NCBI GenBank assembly: GCA_051294905.1
Contig: CM119372.1
Coordinates: forward strand, 25,484,001-25,548,000
Direction of reading: 5' to 3'
Length of the DNA stretch: 64,000 nucleotides
Origin: Botryllus schlosseri
Taxonomy: Eukaryota
Part shown: one piece after another, positions 23,694 to 31,886 of the stretch
Layout: each line of letters starts with the position of its first letter
Numbering within the stretch: the first letter of the stretch is position 1
Notes under the pieces: model-generated
Database searches by the model: none
Told to the model about the DNA's origin: nothing
The model's input: only the letters and a program-made list of their open reading frames with translations
Position numbers and translations under genes: made by a program

Positions 23694-24964
23694 ACGGACA
23701 CTACTTCGCGCTTCTCTGAGATCTCCAAAAGTTGTTGGTATTCTTTGAGACACAGTAGAGTCGCACCTTCAGGCAACCCCGCGGTAAGGGTCATGTGAAG
23801 CTTCACGGACCCGGTCTTCTCTAGTTGAAAGCAGCCTTGATGCGTACGGTCTGGGGTCAAATCGAAGGCAAACAGAGTGTATCCCGCCTTATAATTCTCA
23901 GAGTCGATAAAAAGATCTTCCTGAGCATCCCACTTCCCGGTGGATTGGTAGACGCTGAAAAACCCCTCGAGGTTTGTGTTTTTATCAAAGTCGAATCTGA
24001 AATTACGCCCGTACAAAAGCTTCCCGTTCACGTTGATAGCCAGATTTCCGACGTGATAGTGACAGAAATTAAAGGGGTTTCGAGTCTTACTACCGTTATA
24101 GGCAGCGGTCGGGACCAGACCAATCACGATTCGTCGAGGCATGACCCCGGAAATCAGCGTTTTCTCAATGGAGGTATCACCCGCTCCAAAAGAGTGATTA
24201 CTCATTTCGAGCTTTATAATAGGGTATTTCGCCGTGTGCGTACGAAGCATCGTTTTGTGTGCCAAACTGACAGAGTCTGAAACTTGAATTTGCTTGACGT
24301 GCAATTCCACTTTTTTCAGTATGATTTTAGAGTCGGCAGACCCGAGGAGACAGAAATCGTCATCGTTACGGATTAATCGCAACGACAGATCCACGTTATC
24401 CAGTAAATATCTGTCCTGGTCGAATAAACCGAGCGGTATCTTGCCGATGACCTCGAGCGTTGCACTGTCAGCGGTCAGGGCTTTTCGTGCCGTGAAGCCG
24501 ACGTTGTCTGCCGTGAAAGCATCCTGCTGTTTCATCGTATCCGGGATCCAGCCGATACATTTCAGATAGGTTTCGCCGGCCGCGCGAGAGCTATTTAGTA
24601 GATGGAAAATGAAGCTTTTGTAGGCGTGATTGTTGTCCGATGTGGTGATCAGCTTCGAGCCCAGATACAGATCGATCTGCTTGAATAAGGCGTCAAATAT
24701 ATCCGATACGACAGCGACGTTGTCTCCCCCGATCGTGGTGCAATCTTTTTTGGTGACTTGCAGTTGTATTTTCATAAACGAGCTGGACAAATCCAAGTAA
24801 TGATCGCTACCTTTCACGTTAATCTCAATGACATCGCCCAATTTATCCGGTGTAGCGATCAACGTGCTGGTGTCGGCGACCGCCGTTTGCGTCGGTGGTA
24901 CCGTGAAAATATCTAATCCGCTGTTGAGGCACTCGGCCGAATTTTCGTGCATCAATTTAGCCAT
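23690..24964 (-). CDS. Major capsid protein (double jelly-roll), 424 aa
   Basis: Polinton MCP motifs LDIFTVPPTQ, LFKQIDLYL, LFDQDRYLLDNVDL, PRRIVIGLV..AYNGS..NPFNF and GYTLFAFDLTPD. Confidence 0.93.
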   Translation of the reverse strand: MAKLMHENSAECLNSGLDIFTVPPTQTAVADTSTLIATPDKLGDVIEINVKGSDHYLDLSSSFMKIQLQVTKKDCTTIGGDNVAVVSDIFDALFKQIDLYLGSKLITTSDNNHAYKSFIFHLLNSSRAAGETYLKCIGWIPDTMKQQDAFTADNVGFTARKALTADSATLEVIGKIPLGLFDQDRYLLDNVDLSLRLIRNDDDFCLLGSADSKIILKKVELHVKQIQVSDSVSLAHKTMLRTHTAKYPIIKLEMSNHSFGAGDTSIEKTLISGVMPRRIVIGLVPTAAYNGSKTRNPFNFCHYHVGNLAINVNGKLLYGRNFRFDFDKNTNLEGFFSVYQSTGKWDAQEDLFIDSENYKAGYTLFAFDLTPDRTHQGCFQLEKTGSVKLHMTLTAGLPEGATLLCLKEYQQLLEISEKREVVSV

Positions 24965-25355
24965 CGAATATATCTCTACGTCTACGTTTCTTGTTTGACG
25001 TAGTACCTCCCCGCGCGCCCTTTTTAAGCTTTTTCGTGGCTTTTCGTTTACGACCCCCGATCGCGGTATCGAGAAGCTGTAGACCTCCTTCTTTACTCCG
25101 TGATATAGCGGATTGCTTGAACGAGCGCCCGGCCACCAAATCTTTTGCGATATTTGACCCGGTACGGAGGATTTGTTTCCCCAGTATCTTGGAGCCTTTT
25201 GACACTAGAGGTAAGACCGCCCGGCCTATGGTTCGAAAAATCGACGCGAGTCCGCTACCGCTTTGCCTGGACCCCCGGTAAAACCCGTAATTCCCAGCTC
25301 CGGTCTGATAGTGGTGCAACACGGCTTCTCGGTCACAACAATAGTGCACTTTCAT
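24957..25355 (-). CDS. Basic core/membrane-lytic virion protein (pVII/pVI-like), 132 aa
   Basis: QxGxG candidate protease sites (QTGAG, QSGSG) are followed by the amphipathic LASIFRTIGRAVLPLV and a K/R-rich C-terminus. It sits just upstream of MCP, as in other Polintons. Confidence 0.8.
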   Translation of the reverse strand: MKVHYCCDREAVLHHYQTGAGNYGFYRGSRQSGSGLASIFRTIGRAVLPLVSKGSKILGKQILRTGSNIAKDLVAGRSFKQSAISRSKEGGLQLLDTAIGGRKRKATKKLKKGARGGTTSNKKRRRRDIFDG

Positions 25356-25717
25356 AACGACACCCTGAGATGTATCGTGAGGTCCAAACCCGAGATGTCC
25401 AATAATTCACCATACTCGTCCCTTATATAGATGCAGAAATACTCGAAACGGTCGAGTCTGACTTTGGCGTAGTATCGATTTTGAAATATATGGTTTTGTC
25501 GCTCCCCCTCGTGTAGCGCAACGACTCTTAGCAACGGGACCAAAGCGTCACCCACCGGCGTCGACTCGATGTCATTGCAGTAGATAAAAGCGTAGAGGCT
25601 TTCACGCGACTCACGAACAAAGTTTATCTCCATAAGAGCAATCTCAAGACCTTTACAATCCATTCCGTGGGGTAGGGTAAATACGGGCCCGTCACCGGTC
25701 AGTGTTTGGAACGTCAT
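25352..25717 (-). CDS. Minor capsid (penton) paralog 3, minimal 121-aa single jelly-roll
   Basis: Motifs EIALMEINF and FIYCNDIE..VGDALVPLLRVV...IYIRDEYG..LTIHLR are shared with the two upstream paralogs. Confidence 0.8.
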   Translation of the reverse strand: MTFQTLTGDGPVFTLPHGMDCKGLEIALMEINFVRESRESLYAFIYCNDIESTPVGDALVPLLRVVALHEGERQNHIFQNRYYAKVRLDRFEYFCIYIRDEYGELLDISGLDLTIHLRVSL

Positions 25718-26471
25718 CTCGTAAGTGAAGGGTCAATTCAATGTCACCACATTTAAGTTCTTTTCCAAGAGAATCTCTTATGCTGATGCGTACGCTACGA
25801 AAGCTGTTGGCATCGGCGGGTAGGTAAAACGGTTTCCTGAATGATACGTGCTGTCGTTTCATTTCCGGTACCGTAACGGGGATGATTCGCAGCAGTCTGG
25901 ACATATAATCACCGACCGGGAGATGGCGCACGCAATCGCAATATATAAATAAATACTGAGATTTTACTATCGACGAGGTATACCACGCATCGAATTCAAT
26001 GTGCTCAACCTCGCGTAATGAGATCGGAACCTCTCCTTCCTCCGCGATGATGTCGTCAATATCGTATCTCTGATGCTCGTGTATGATACGGTAGTTACCG
26101 AAATTCGCGTAAGGCCCGAGCGTAGATGTGAGCAGAGAAGAATTCGGTGGGAATCCCTCGCATACCAATCGATTCTGGCTGGGCGTAAAGTACCAGTGAT
26201 AGCCGTTCACGAGTTCCTCGCTAATTCTTTGCATTAATTGATCGACATTATCGAAATCTCCGGTGGGTAACTCATAGACTTCGGTGACGTCTTTGACAAT
26301 CGTATTCCAGAAGCTCAAGGTCGTGGTGGGTTCTGTGATCACAATTCTATCTTGAAAATCATGGCTGAAGCTAATTTCTTGAAGAGCGATCTGTTTACCC
26401 TCCGATTCGATTTCAATCGGTAATTCAACCGTGAAATCGGGTCCGCTCCCGAATATCGTGATATAGCTCAT
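25692..26471 (-). CDS. Minor capsid (penton) paralog 2, 259 aa
   Basis: Motifs QIALQEISF and LFIYCDCV..VGDYMSRLLRIIPV...FYLP...ISIRDSLG..LTLHLR. Confidence 0.82.
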   Translation of the reverse strand: MSYITIFGSGPDFTVELPIEIESEGKQIALQEISFSHDFQDRIVITEPTTTLSFWNTIVKDVTEVYELPTGDFDNVDQLMQRISEELVNGYHWYFTPSQNRLVCEGFPPNSSLLTSTLGPYANFGNYRIIHEHQRYDIDDIIAEEGEVPISLREVEHIEFDAWYTSSIVKSQYLFIYCDCVRHLPVGDYMSRLLRIIPVTVPEMKRQHVSFRKPFYLPADANSFRSVRISIRDSLGKELKCGDIELTLHLRDDVPNTDR

Positions 26472-27271
26472 AACGCTTTGACGGCTCCTCGACGGATCAG
26501 TAGGGTCACTGTAACCGGAGCTGTTTTAAACGCGATAGGGTTATTGTTCTTGTCACGAAGATATACTCGTATATTTCGAATATTACTCTTGGCCAGGGGA
26601 AAGAAGTAAGGCTTATCATACACGCAGTGCTGTATTTTTCCTTCTTGCGCGGTCACCGGAACGCTTCGAAGGAGAGGTACTAGCTCGCTGCCGAATACAC
26701 GAGGTCTGATCAGATCGGTGTATATATAAATGGTGTCTACATCTTTCACGATGGTTTTCGGTCTGATTAAGAACTCTATTGGTTTTTGTTTCTTCAAAAC
26801 ATGATGTTCCACTGTAAAATAACGCGGAAACGTGTCCTCGATGCTGGTGAGACGCGGACCCGCACCACTGATTTTTTTGACCCGTATCAAGGGCTCGTCG
26901 GCCTGTGGAAATCGACTCTTGAGATACCTAAAGCTCAAGCCGAACACGCCACCGGTATATTGCTTGATTGTAATTTCTTTCTCGTATCGCAAGCGAAACT
27001 GTTCCAACAGATCCGGGACACTGCGATACTTGCCGGGCGGTATGTAATACACGTGACGATGCCCGCTGTCAGAAAATTCGATACCCGCACGCTTGTGGTC
27101 TACCGTGAACGTGGGCTGGAAGCTTACTGGGAACATGATCTCAGCAAGCGATGCCTCATATCTTTCTGTATCATATTTTAACTCGGAGAATAGTTGGGTT
27201 ACAAAATCGTTCGCGGTGTTAGCCTTAAAAACGCTCATTGAAGAATTACTCGGTAAAACCAGAAGAGTCAT
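26468..27271 (-). CDS. Minor capsid (penton) protein 1, 267 aa
   Basis: Canonical Polinton mCP N-terminus LVLPSNSS...NTANDFVTQL...EASLAEIMFP, and C-terminal YIYTDLI...PLLRSVPV...YFFPL...YLRD. Confidence 0.88.
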   Translation of the reverse strand: MTLLVLPSNSSMSVFKANTANDFVTQLFSELKYDTERYEASLAEIMFPVSFQPTFTVDHKRAGIEFSDSGHRHVYYIPPGKYRSVPDLLEQFRLRYEKEITIKQYTGGVFGLSFRYLKSRFPQADEPLIRVKKISGAGPRLTSIEDTFPRYFTVEHHVLKKQKPIEFLIRPKTIVKDVDTIYIYTDLIRPRVFGSELVPLLRSVPVTAQEGKIQHCVYDKPYFFPLAKSNIRNIRVYLRDKNNNPIAFKTAPVTVTLLIRRGAVKAL

Positions 27272-27434
27272 CCTCGTCGGCGGTTTGGAGAGACAGTACC
27301 CTAGTTAACGAAGATATATCCGTCTGGGTTTCGGTGAATAAGTTATACACAGTTACCCCCACGATAAAAAGCAGTATCGCGAGCTGTAGAACCACCAAAG
27401 GTATCCGTAACGTACCCCGCTGCGATAAATCCAT
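27246..27434 (-). CDS. Small single-pass membrane protein (62 aa), unknown function
   Basis: It fills the gap between integrase and penton 1 in the same orientation. It has a hydrophobic span IPLVVLQLAILLFIVGVTVYNLF and an acidic tail. Confidence 0.5.
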   Translation of the reverse strand: MDLSQRGTLRIPLVVLQLAILLFIVGVTVYNLFTETQTDISSLTRVLSLQTADEDDSSGFTE

Positions 27435-27464
27435 GATTACCACGGTCGAGTCACCGTCTCTGTT

Positions 27465-28466
27465 TTATACAAAACTGTCAACGTAAGAGTCCATCGATTT
27501 TGGATAACCCTCCCAGCGCACTAGATATCTCCGCTTGCGCCCTCTACCGATCACTCTCTGTATCGATTCTACGCGATAGACATCGTCTTTTTTATCGATG
27601 GCTTGTAATTCACTTTCGTAGAACGTTCCACTAATCACGTCCCCGTTATAATCTCGGATGGTGTACGTAGCGGGGCTCCCCAATTTCCGTGTGTGTACGT
27701 AAAATATCTCGCGAGTCCAAGATCCCGCAGTCCCTTTCGCAAACGTGGCACGTCGGGTGGTAATTCTCACTGGTTGATCGACGGGTAGCTTGGGTGACAC
27801 CGGAGGTCCGGTTCCGTTGTATAGTCTATCGAACACCAGAGACGCGTTGCTATTGGTAACCTCCGACGGTCGCATTAAAATCGCGGTGTGATACGTTTGG
27901 TTATAGCTCTCTGCGATATCACACAACACGTCGATGTAGCGATGTGTGCGGTTCTTGACAAAGTAGCGATTCAATATATTGCGGGTCGTACGAATTACCC
28001 GCTCTACGACGCTAGCCTTAGTATCAATGTTGGTAAAAAAGTGCTTGACGTGGTTGTCTCTAAAAAACCTCTGTATAACCGACCCCGTGAATTCTTTCCC
28101 GGCATCAGTCTGAACGACGTGTGGTCTCTTATGAGCGAATACCTGGTTGAAGCCCTCGATCATATCTATAGGACGCTTTCGTTTCGTGGCGTATAAAAAC
28201 ATATATTTCGAAAAACAACAAATTGACACCAACACATAACGATAGCCATCATTGCTACTAGAAATATTAGACAAGTCCATGAGGTCACTCTGGATCTGAA
28301 TAAATGGCCCGCCGACGATCGTCTTTTGTCGTTGAAATTTGCCTGTATACGGATAGAATAGGGTGTAGCTATCCTCTTGTTTCAAATCCTTCTTGTCGGG
28401 GTGCAAGTATTTACCGCGATAGCTCGCCGGGGCTTTGATATCAAAATATTTATCCTTACTCGTCAT
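27465..28466 (-). CDS. Retroviral-type (RVE) integrase with C-terminal chromodomain, 333 aa
   Basis: DDE motifs QSDLMD, QTDAGKEF and KASVVERVIRT, plus YNQTYH. The chromodomain reads YRVESI...YLVRWEGYPKSMDSYV. Confidence 0.95.
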   Translation of the reverse strand: MTSKDKYFDIKAPASYRGKYLHPDKKDLKQEDSYTLFYPYTGKFQRQKTIVGGPFIQIQSDLMDLSNISSSNDGYRYVLVSICCFSKYMFLYATKRKRPIDMIEGFNQVFAHKRPHVVQTDAGKEFTGSVIQRFFRDNHVKHFFTNIDTKASVVERVIRTTRNILNRYFVKNRTHRYIDVLCDIAESYNQTYHTAILMRPSEVTNSNASLVFDRLYNGTGPPVSPKLPVDQPVRITTRRATFAKGTAGSWTREIFYVHTRKLGSPATYTIRDYNGDVISGTFYESELQAIDKKDDVYRVESIQRVIGRGRKRRYLVRWEGYPKSMDSYVDSFV

Positions 28467-28908
28467 CGTCGTAGGCCGTCCACGACCCGTAGAGCTGGGG
28501 CGGCTTCCTGTTAGCTCGACGGCTACGTTTGATGATCTCTTGCAGTGGCGGTGATCTTTTGGCTATCTTGCTTGTGGTGGGGGTACTTGGAGACGACGGG
28601 GCTTTCGGTGTTACTTTCGAGGTGACCCGACCCGGCTTCACTTCGTGCAGTAATTCACGGAGAGTGGCTATCTGATCGTTCGTGAACCCGTTGGAGGTGT
28701 CGGTCATCTTCATCTGAAGAGGCTTGTCGATCTGACCCCGTTGACTTTTATACTTTGAGATGGCAGAGTTATACAAGGACAATTTCTTGTCGGCCGAAAC
28801 GTCCATAGTCAAAATCGCGCTGATCGATCGGTCCAACTCGGAGTTCAAATCAGTCGCGTTAGAGGGAGCTAGAGGGTTAGGCGATATGATCACTTTTTTG
28901 AAATTCAT
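28456..28908 (-). CDS. Conserved Polinton hypothetical protein, 150 aa
   Basis: LDRSISAIL..VSADKKLSLYNSAISKY resembles the helical motif of the small ORF usually found upstream of Polinton integrase. It overlaps both neighbouring genes. Confidence 0.7.
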   Translation of the reverse strand: MNFKKVIISPNPLAPSNATDLNSELDRSISAILTMDVSADKKLSLYNSAISKYKSQRGQIDKPLQMKMTDTSNGFTNDQIATLRELLHEVKPGRVTSKVTPKAPSSPSTPTTSKIAKRSPPLQEIIKRSRRANRKPPQLYGSWTAYDDDE

Positions 28909-29279
28909 TTTTTGCCAAAAACAGATTTCAACAACGATGCCGCCAAGGGGAGGATTGACAAGATACCGCTAATAAAACCTCCTCGTTGGGTGTTGGCGTG
29001 TAATACACGTCTCTTGGTCTTCAAGCTCAACTTTTTACTTGTCAGCTTTCGAATTTTGTCTTTATGCGGGTGTAAATTTTGTATATGGCGTTTTGACAGT
29101 CGCAGATTGCCGTTCAAAACATTCACACAGACTTCACAAAATGCCTTCACCAAACCGGGCGAGCTCCCCAATAATATATCCTTCCTTACCGCGGGCGACG
29201 CCTTGGACAGAAATTTCAAAGTCTCGCCGTGCTTCTTAATATAACAGTGACGTTTCGGCAGCGATTTGGTCCGAGCCAT
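28905..29279 (-). CDS. Basic Polinton virion protein with QRGG/F site and C-terminal amphipathic helix (pX/pVI-like), 124 aa
   Basis: Motif LVKAFCEVCVNVLNGN...IRKL...KRRVL..QRGGFISGILSILPLAASLL. Confidence 0.8.
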   Translation of the reverse strand: MARTKSLPKRHCYIKKHGETLKFLSKASPAVRKDILLGSSPGLVKAFCEVCVNVLNGNLRLSKRHIQNLHPHKDKIRKLTSKKLSLKTKRRVLHANTQRGGFISGILSILPLAASLLKSVFGKK

Positions 29280-29316
29280 TATGAATATAGTGTCAAAGTG
29301 CCGGCACTTTCGCTAT

Positions 29317-29958
29317 TTATAGTGGCGTGTACAACACGAGTTCATCCCCAGGAAACACCCCTGTTTTAACACGACTAGAATCGGGTGTGGCTTGCGTCAA
29401 ATCTATAAAAAGGTACCCGTGAGCGTTCTTTGTCGCATCGGCATACGCATCAACTAGAAACTTGGAGTTACCAGGGTACATTTGCTTGCCAAGCACTCGA
29501 ATCTGAGATCGATCTCTAGGATTACGCATGATAATCAAATACTGGGTGCTGAGACTGAGGTCCCTCGATCTTTTGGACTGGAAATATAAATTTTGGACCG
29601 CGAATATTGTGGTCACCGATTTATGATTCGCGTAGACTGTAAAAAAGGGGGTCACCCTGTCCGAAAATTCCATTTTATCGTCAATAATTAATAGAGTAGG
29701 ACAGGGGCGGCTTGTCGCCAACTCATCCAAAATGGAGAGATCCGAGTAAAACTCAACACCTTGCAGCTCGTCAAAGGAGTCTTGGTAAGCCGTATAGCAA
29801 TAGATAATTCTTTTAATTCGCCCCTTTGAAAGCTGATCGATATTTTTTATGACTTTAAATATAAAAGTACTCTTCCCCGAAAACGACGGTCCTGCCAAAA
29901 GACACGCCCTCCCTGTCGAGAAATCCATCACCAAGGCTGTTTTGACACGACGAGACAT
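29317..29958 (-). CDS. A32/FtsK-HerA-family genome packaging ATPase, 213 aa
   Basis: Walker A GPSFSGKS, Walker B LLIIDD, plus VQNLY, NPRDRSQI and GYLFIDL. Confidence 0.93.
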   Translation of the reverse strand: MSRRVKTALVMDFSTGRACLLAGPSFSGKSTFIFKVIKNIDQLSKGRIKRIIYCYTAYQDSFDELQGVEFYSDLSILDELATSRPCPTLLIIDDKMEFSDRVTPFFTVYANHKSVTTIFAVQNLYFQSKRSRDLSLSTQYLIIMRNPRDRSQIRVLGKQMYPGNSKFLVDAYADATKNAHGYLFIDLTQATPDSSRVKTGVFPGDELVLYTPL

Positions 29959-29976
29959 GTATTCACAAACACACTT

Positions 29977-29986
29977 CTATATATAA
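29977..29986 (-). promoter_or_regulatory. TATA-like box of the structural/integration gene block
   Basis: TTATATATAG lies about 20 nt upstream of the ATPase ATG, the first gene of the overlapping array. Confidence 0.4.
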
Positions 29987-30077
29987 CAAGGACAGGTACA
30001 CGAAAAAATATGGCGATTCAGAGCGTCACGCAAACCGTCCACACAGCGAATCTTACAATGTCCACGAGGCCGTCTTT

Positions 30078-30950
30078 TTACACCAGAAGCGAGGTGTCAT
30101 AATCGACACGAGAAGACGAGGCATCATCAGGGCTCAGCGGTGTCCTGGCCAAGGCTCGAGGTCTACGAGGGGGAGGGTAAGGTGATACCCGGCCGGGTGA
30201 CTTTTTTGTTATGATTTTAGTCAGATTCGGTCTTGGTAGCACTGGCGACTGATGTATGTCTCTGGCACGCTGTGGTGTCGCCACGACAAACGGGGCAGTC
30301 AGATTCGGTCTTGGTATCACTGGCGACTGATGTATGATGTCTCTGGCACGCTGTGGCATCGCAACGACAAACGGGGCGTCAACCACGGTAGGTGATGTGT
30401 CGACGGATTTAGGGGCGCGACGATCTTCTCCCGCTCGGAGATAACCCTGGTTCATGAAGCGGTATCGGTTAATGTCGTTTCCTTCATGAGTCAAGCGCTG
30501 ATCGCGGCTCTGTACGCTGCAGGCGGCACGATCGGTTGGGTCTGTGAAGCCAACTTGACGACGATTCAAGATACGGGCATCAGTCAGCAGTCGGCTCGTC
30601 ACACCATCGCCTTCATACGTGAACACAGGTAGAAACTGCAGCTCCGTCACACACCGCAACAGGTCGTTTCGAAAGCTCATCCATTCTAGAAGACAAAAGA
30701 TAGTTACACATGTGCCGGGTAATGACTATTACCGCTTGTTACCTGGTCTCAAGGTGGTGGCAATGTGTAGACGATCCTGCAACTCTTTCTTGAAGTGAGT
30801 AGTTTGCTGATCGGTCAGATTGTCTTCCAGCAGAATATCTTTCAGCACAGAGACACGATGCCAGTTGGCTTGGGTGTCGCGGTGAAGTCTATTGAGTGAA
30901 AGCTGGCCACAAACATGACTAATGAAATCGCTAGCTGAGTTGTGAGTCAT
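30078..30950 (-). CDS. Spliced Polinton gene of unknown function (exons 30950-30743 and 30685-30078, ~271 aa) with a Pro-rich repeat
   Basis: Donor CCAG|gtaaca (phase 1) and acceptor tcttctag|AA TGG ATG join two ORFs in frame across a 57-nt intron. A strong acceptor tttttcccag directly precedes ATG 30950. Confidence 0.55.
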
Positions 30951-31328
30951 CTGGGAAAAAACAAAAATAACACACATATTACAAACTGAAACGCCGCCTT
31001 CGAAAACTAGTCGCAAGCGACAGGCGTTGATGATAGAAAAAGCGTTCAATATGGAACAAAATTTCACAGTGAGCACCAAAAGATAAACAATGTATCCCAA
31101 CAAAATAGTGTCTTCGTTTTAACATGTCTTTGACGTGCCGCCGAAACACTATAAAATAAAATAATAGTAAGACTCCATACTTGTGTCACAATATACAACC
31201 CCACCTGTTTTTAGGAATTCCATGCGACTCGACAGGTCTTGTAGCTGAGACGGGCGAGGAGGACGCCAGCAGATTCTTGTGTCTATGAATAAACGTGCCT
31301 TAGCAACGACAGAGAGCTAAGAGCATAT

Positions 31329-31571
31329 TTACACACCCCCAATCTCCTCCAAGATGTTTCTGAGTCTTCTCACGTCCATGTTCAAAGCCTCTATCTTCAA
31401 GACCTCAGCCAAAAGTTCCACCCGGTCTGCCCCACATTCGTGTCGTATGATCAGGCCAAACAGAACGCCAATCTCAAACTTGTCTTTCTGCTCGCACGGA
31501 GGTAAATGATCGTACCCAGACATGTACTCCCGCAGCGGGAAGAATTCTGCATGATCAATGTATTGATCCAT
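31329..31571 (-). CDS. Polinton ORF/exon of unknown function (80 aa)
   Basis: The ATG is immediately preceded by acceptor ttctcag. An upstream mini-exon 31658-31631 has a perfect gtgagt donor. Confidence 0.45.
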   Translation of the reverse strand: MDQYIDHAEFFPLREYMSGYDHLPPCEQKDKFEIGVLFGLIIRHECGADRVELLAEVLKIEALNMDVRRLRNILEEIGGV

Positions 31572-31886
31572 CTGAGAATTGCGACAATTATGATTTCAAT
31601 TTATGATGAATCATAACAGTTTCAACTCACCACGATTCCTTCTATACGCTGATAAAATCTGAAAAGAAAAAACTCATTGTATTATACAATCATGAAACAC
31701 AATACGCTTTTCCCCACCTGCTGTAAACTATTGCGATGTTAATGCTATCGTCTGTAAACAACACGAGAAAACGAGCACTATTGTGAAAGGTTCAAGATGC
31801 ATAGAATAATTCGAGTCAACATGAGAGCATAATGTGAAAACAGATATAAAAAAGCAGAGAACATGAACAGTGCACATTTGAAAAAA

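Noticed and set aside
23694..23753. 20-aa N-terminal extension of the protease
   Set aside because: It has a non-ATG start inside MCP; the ATG at 23693 fits the ATGA coupling pattern.
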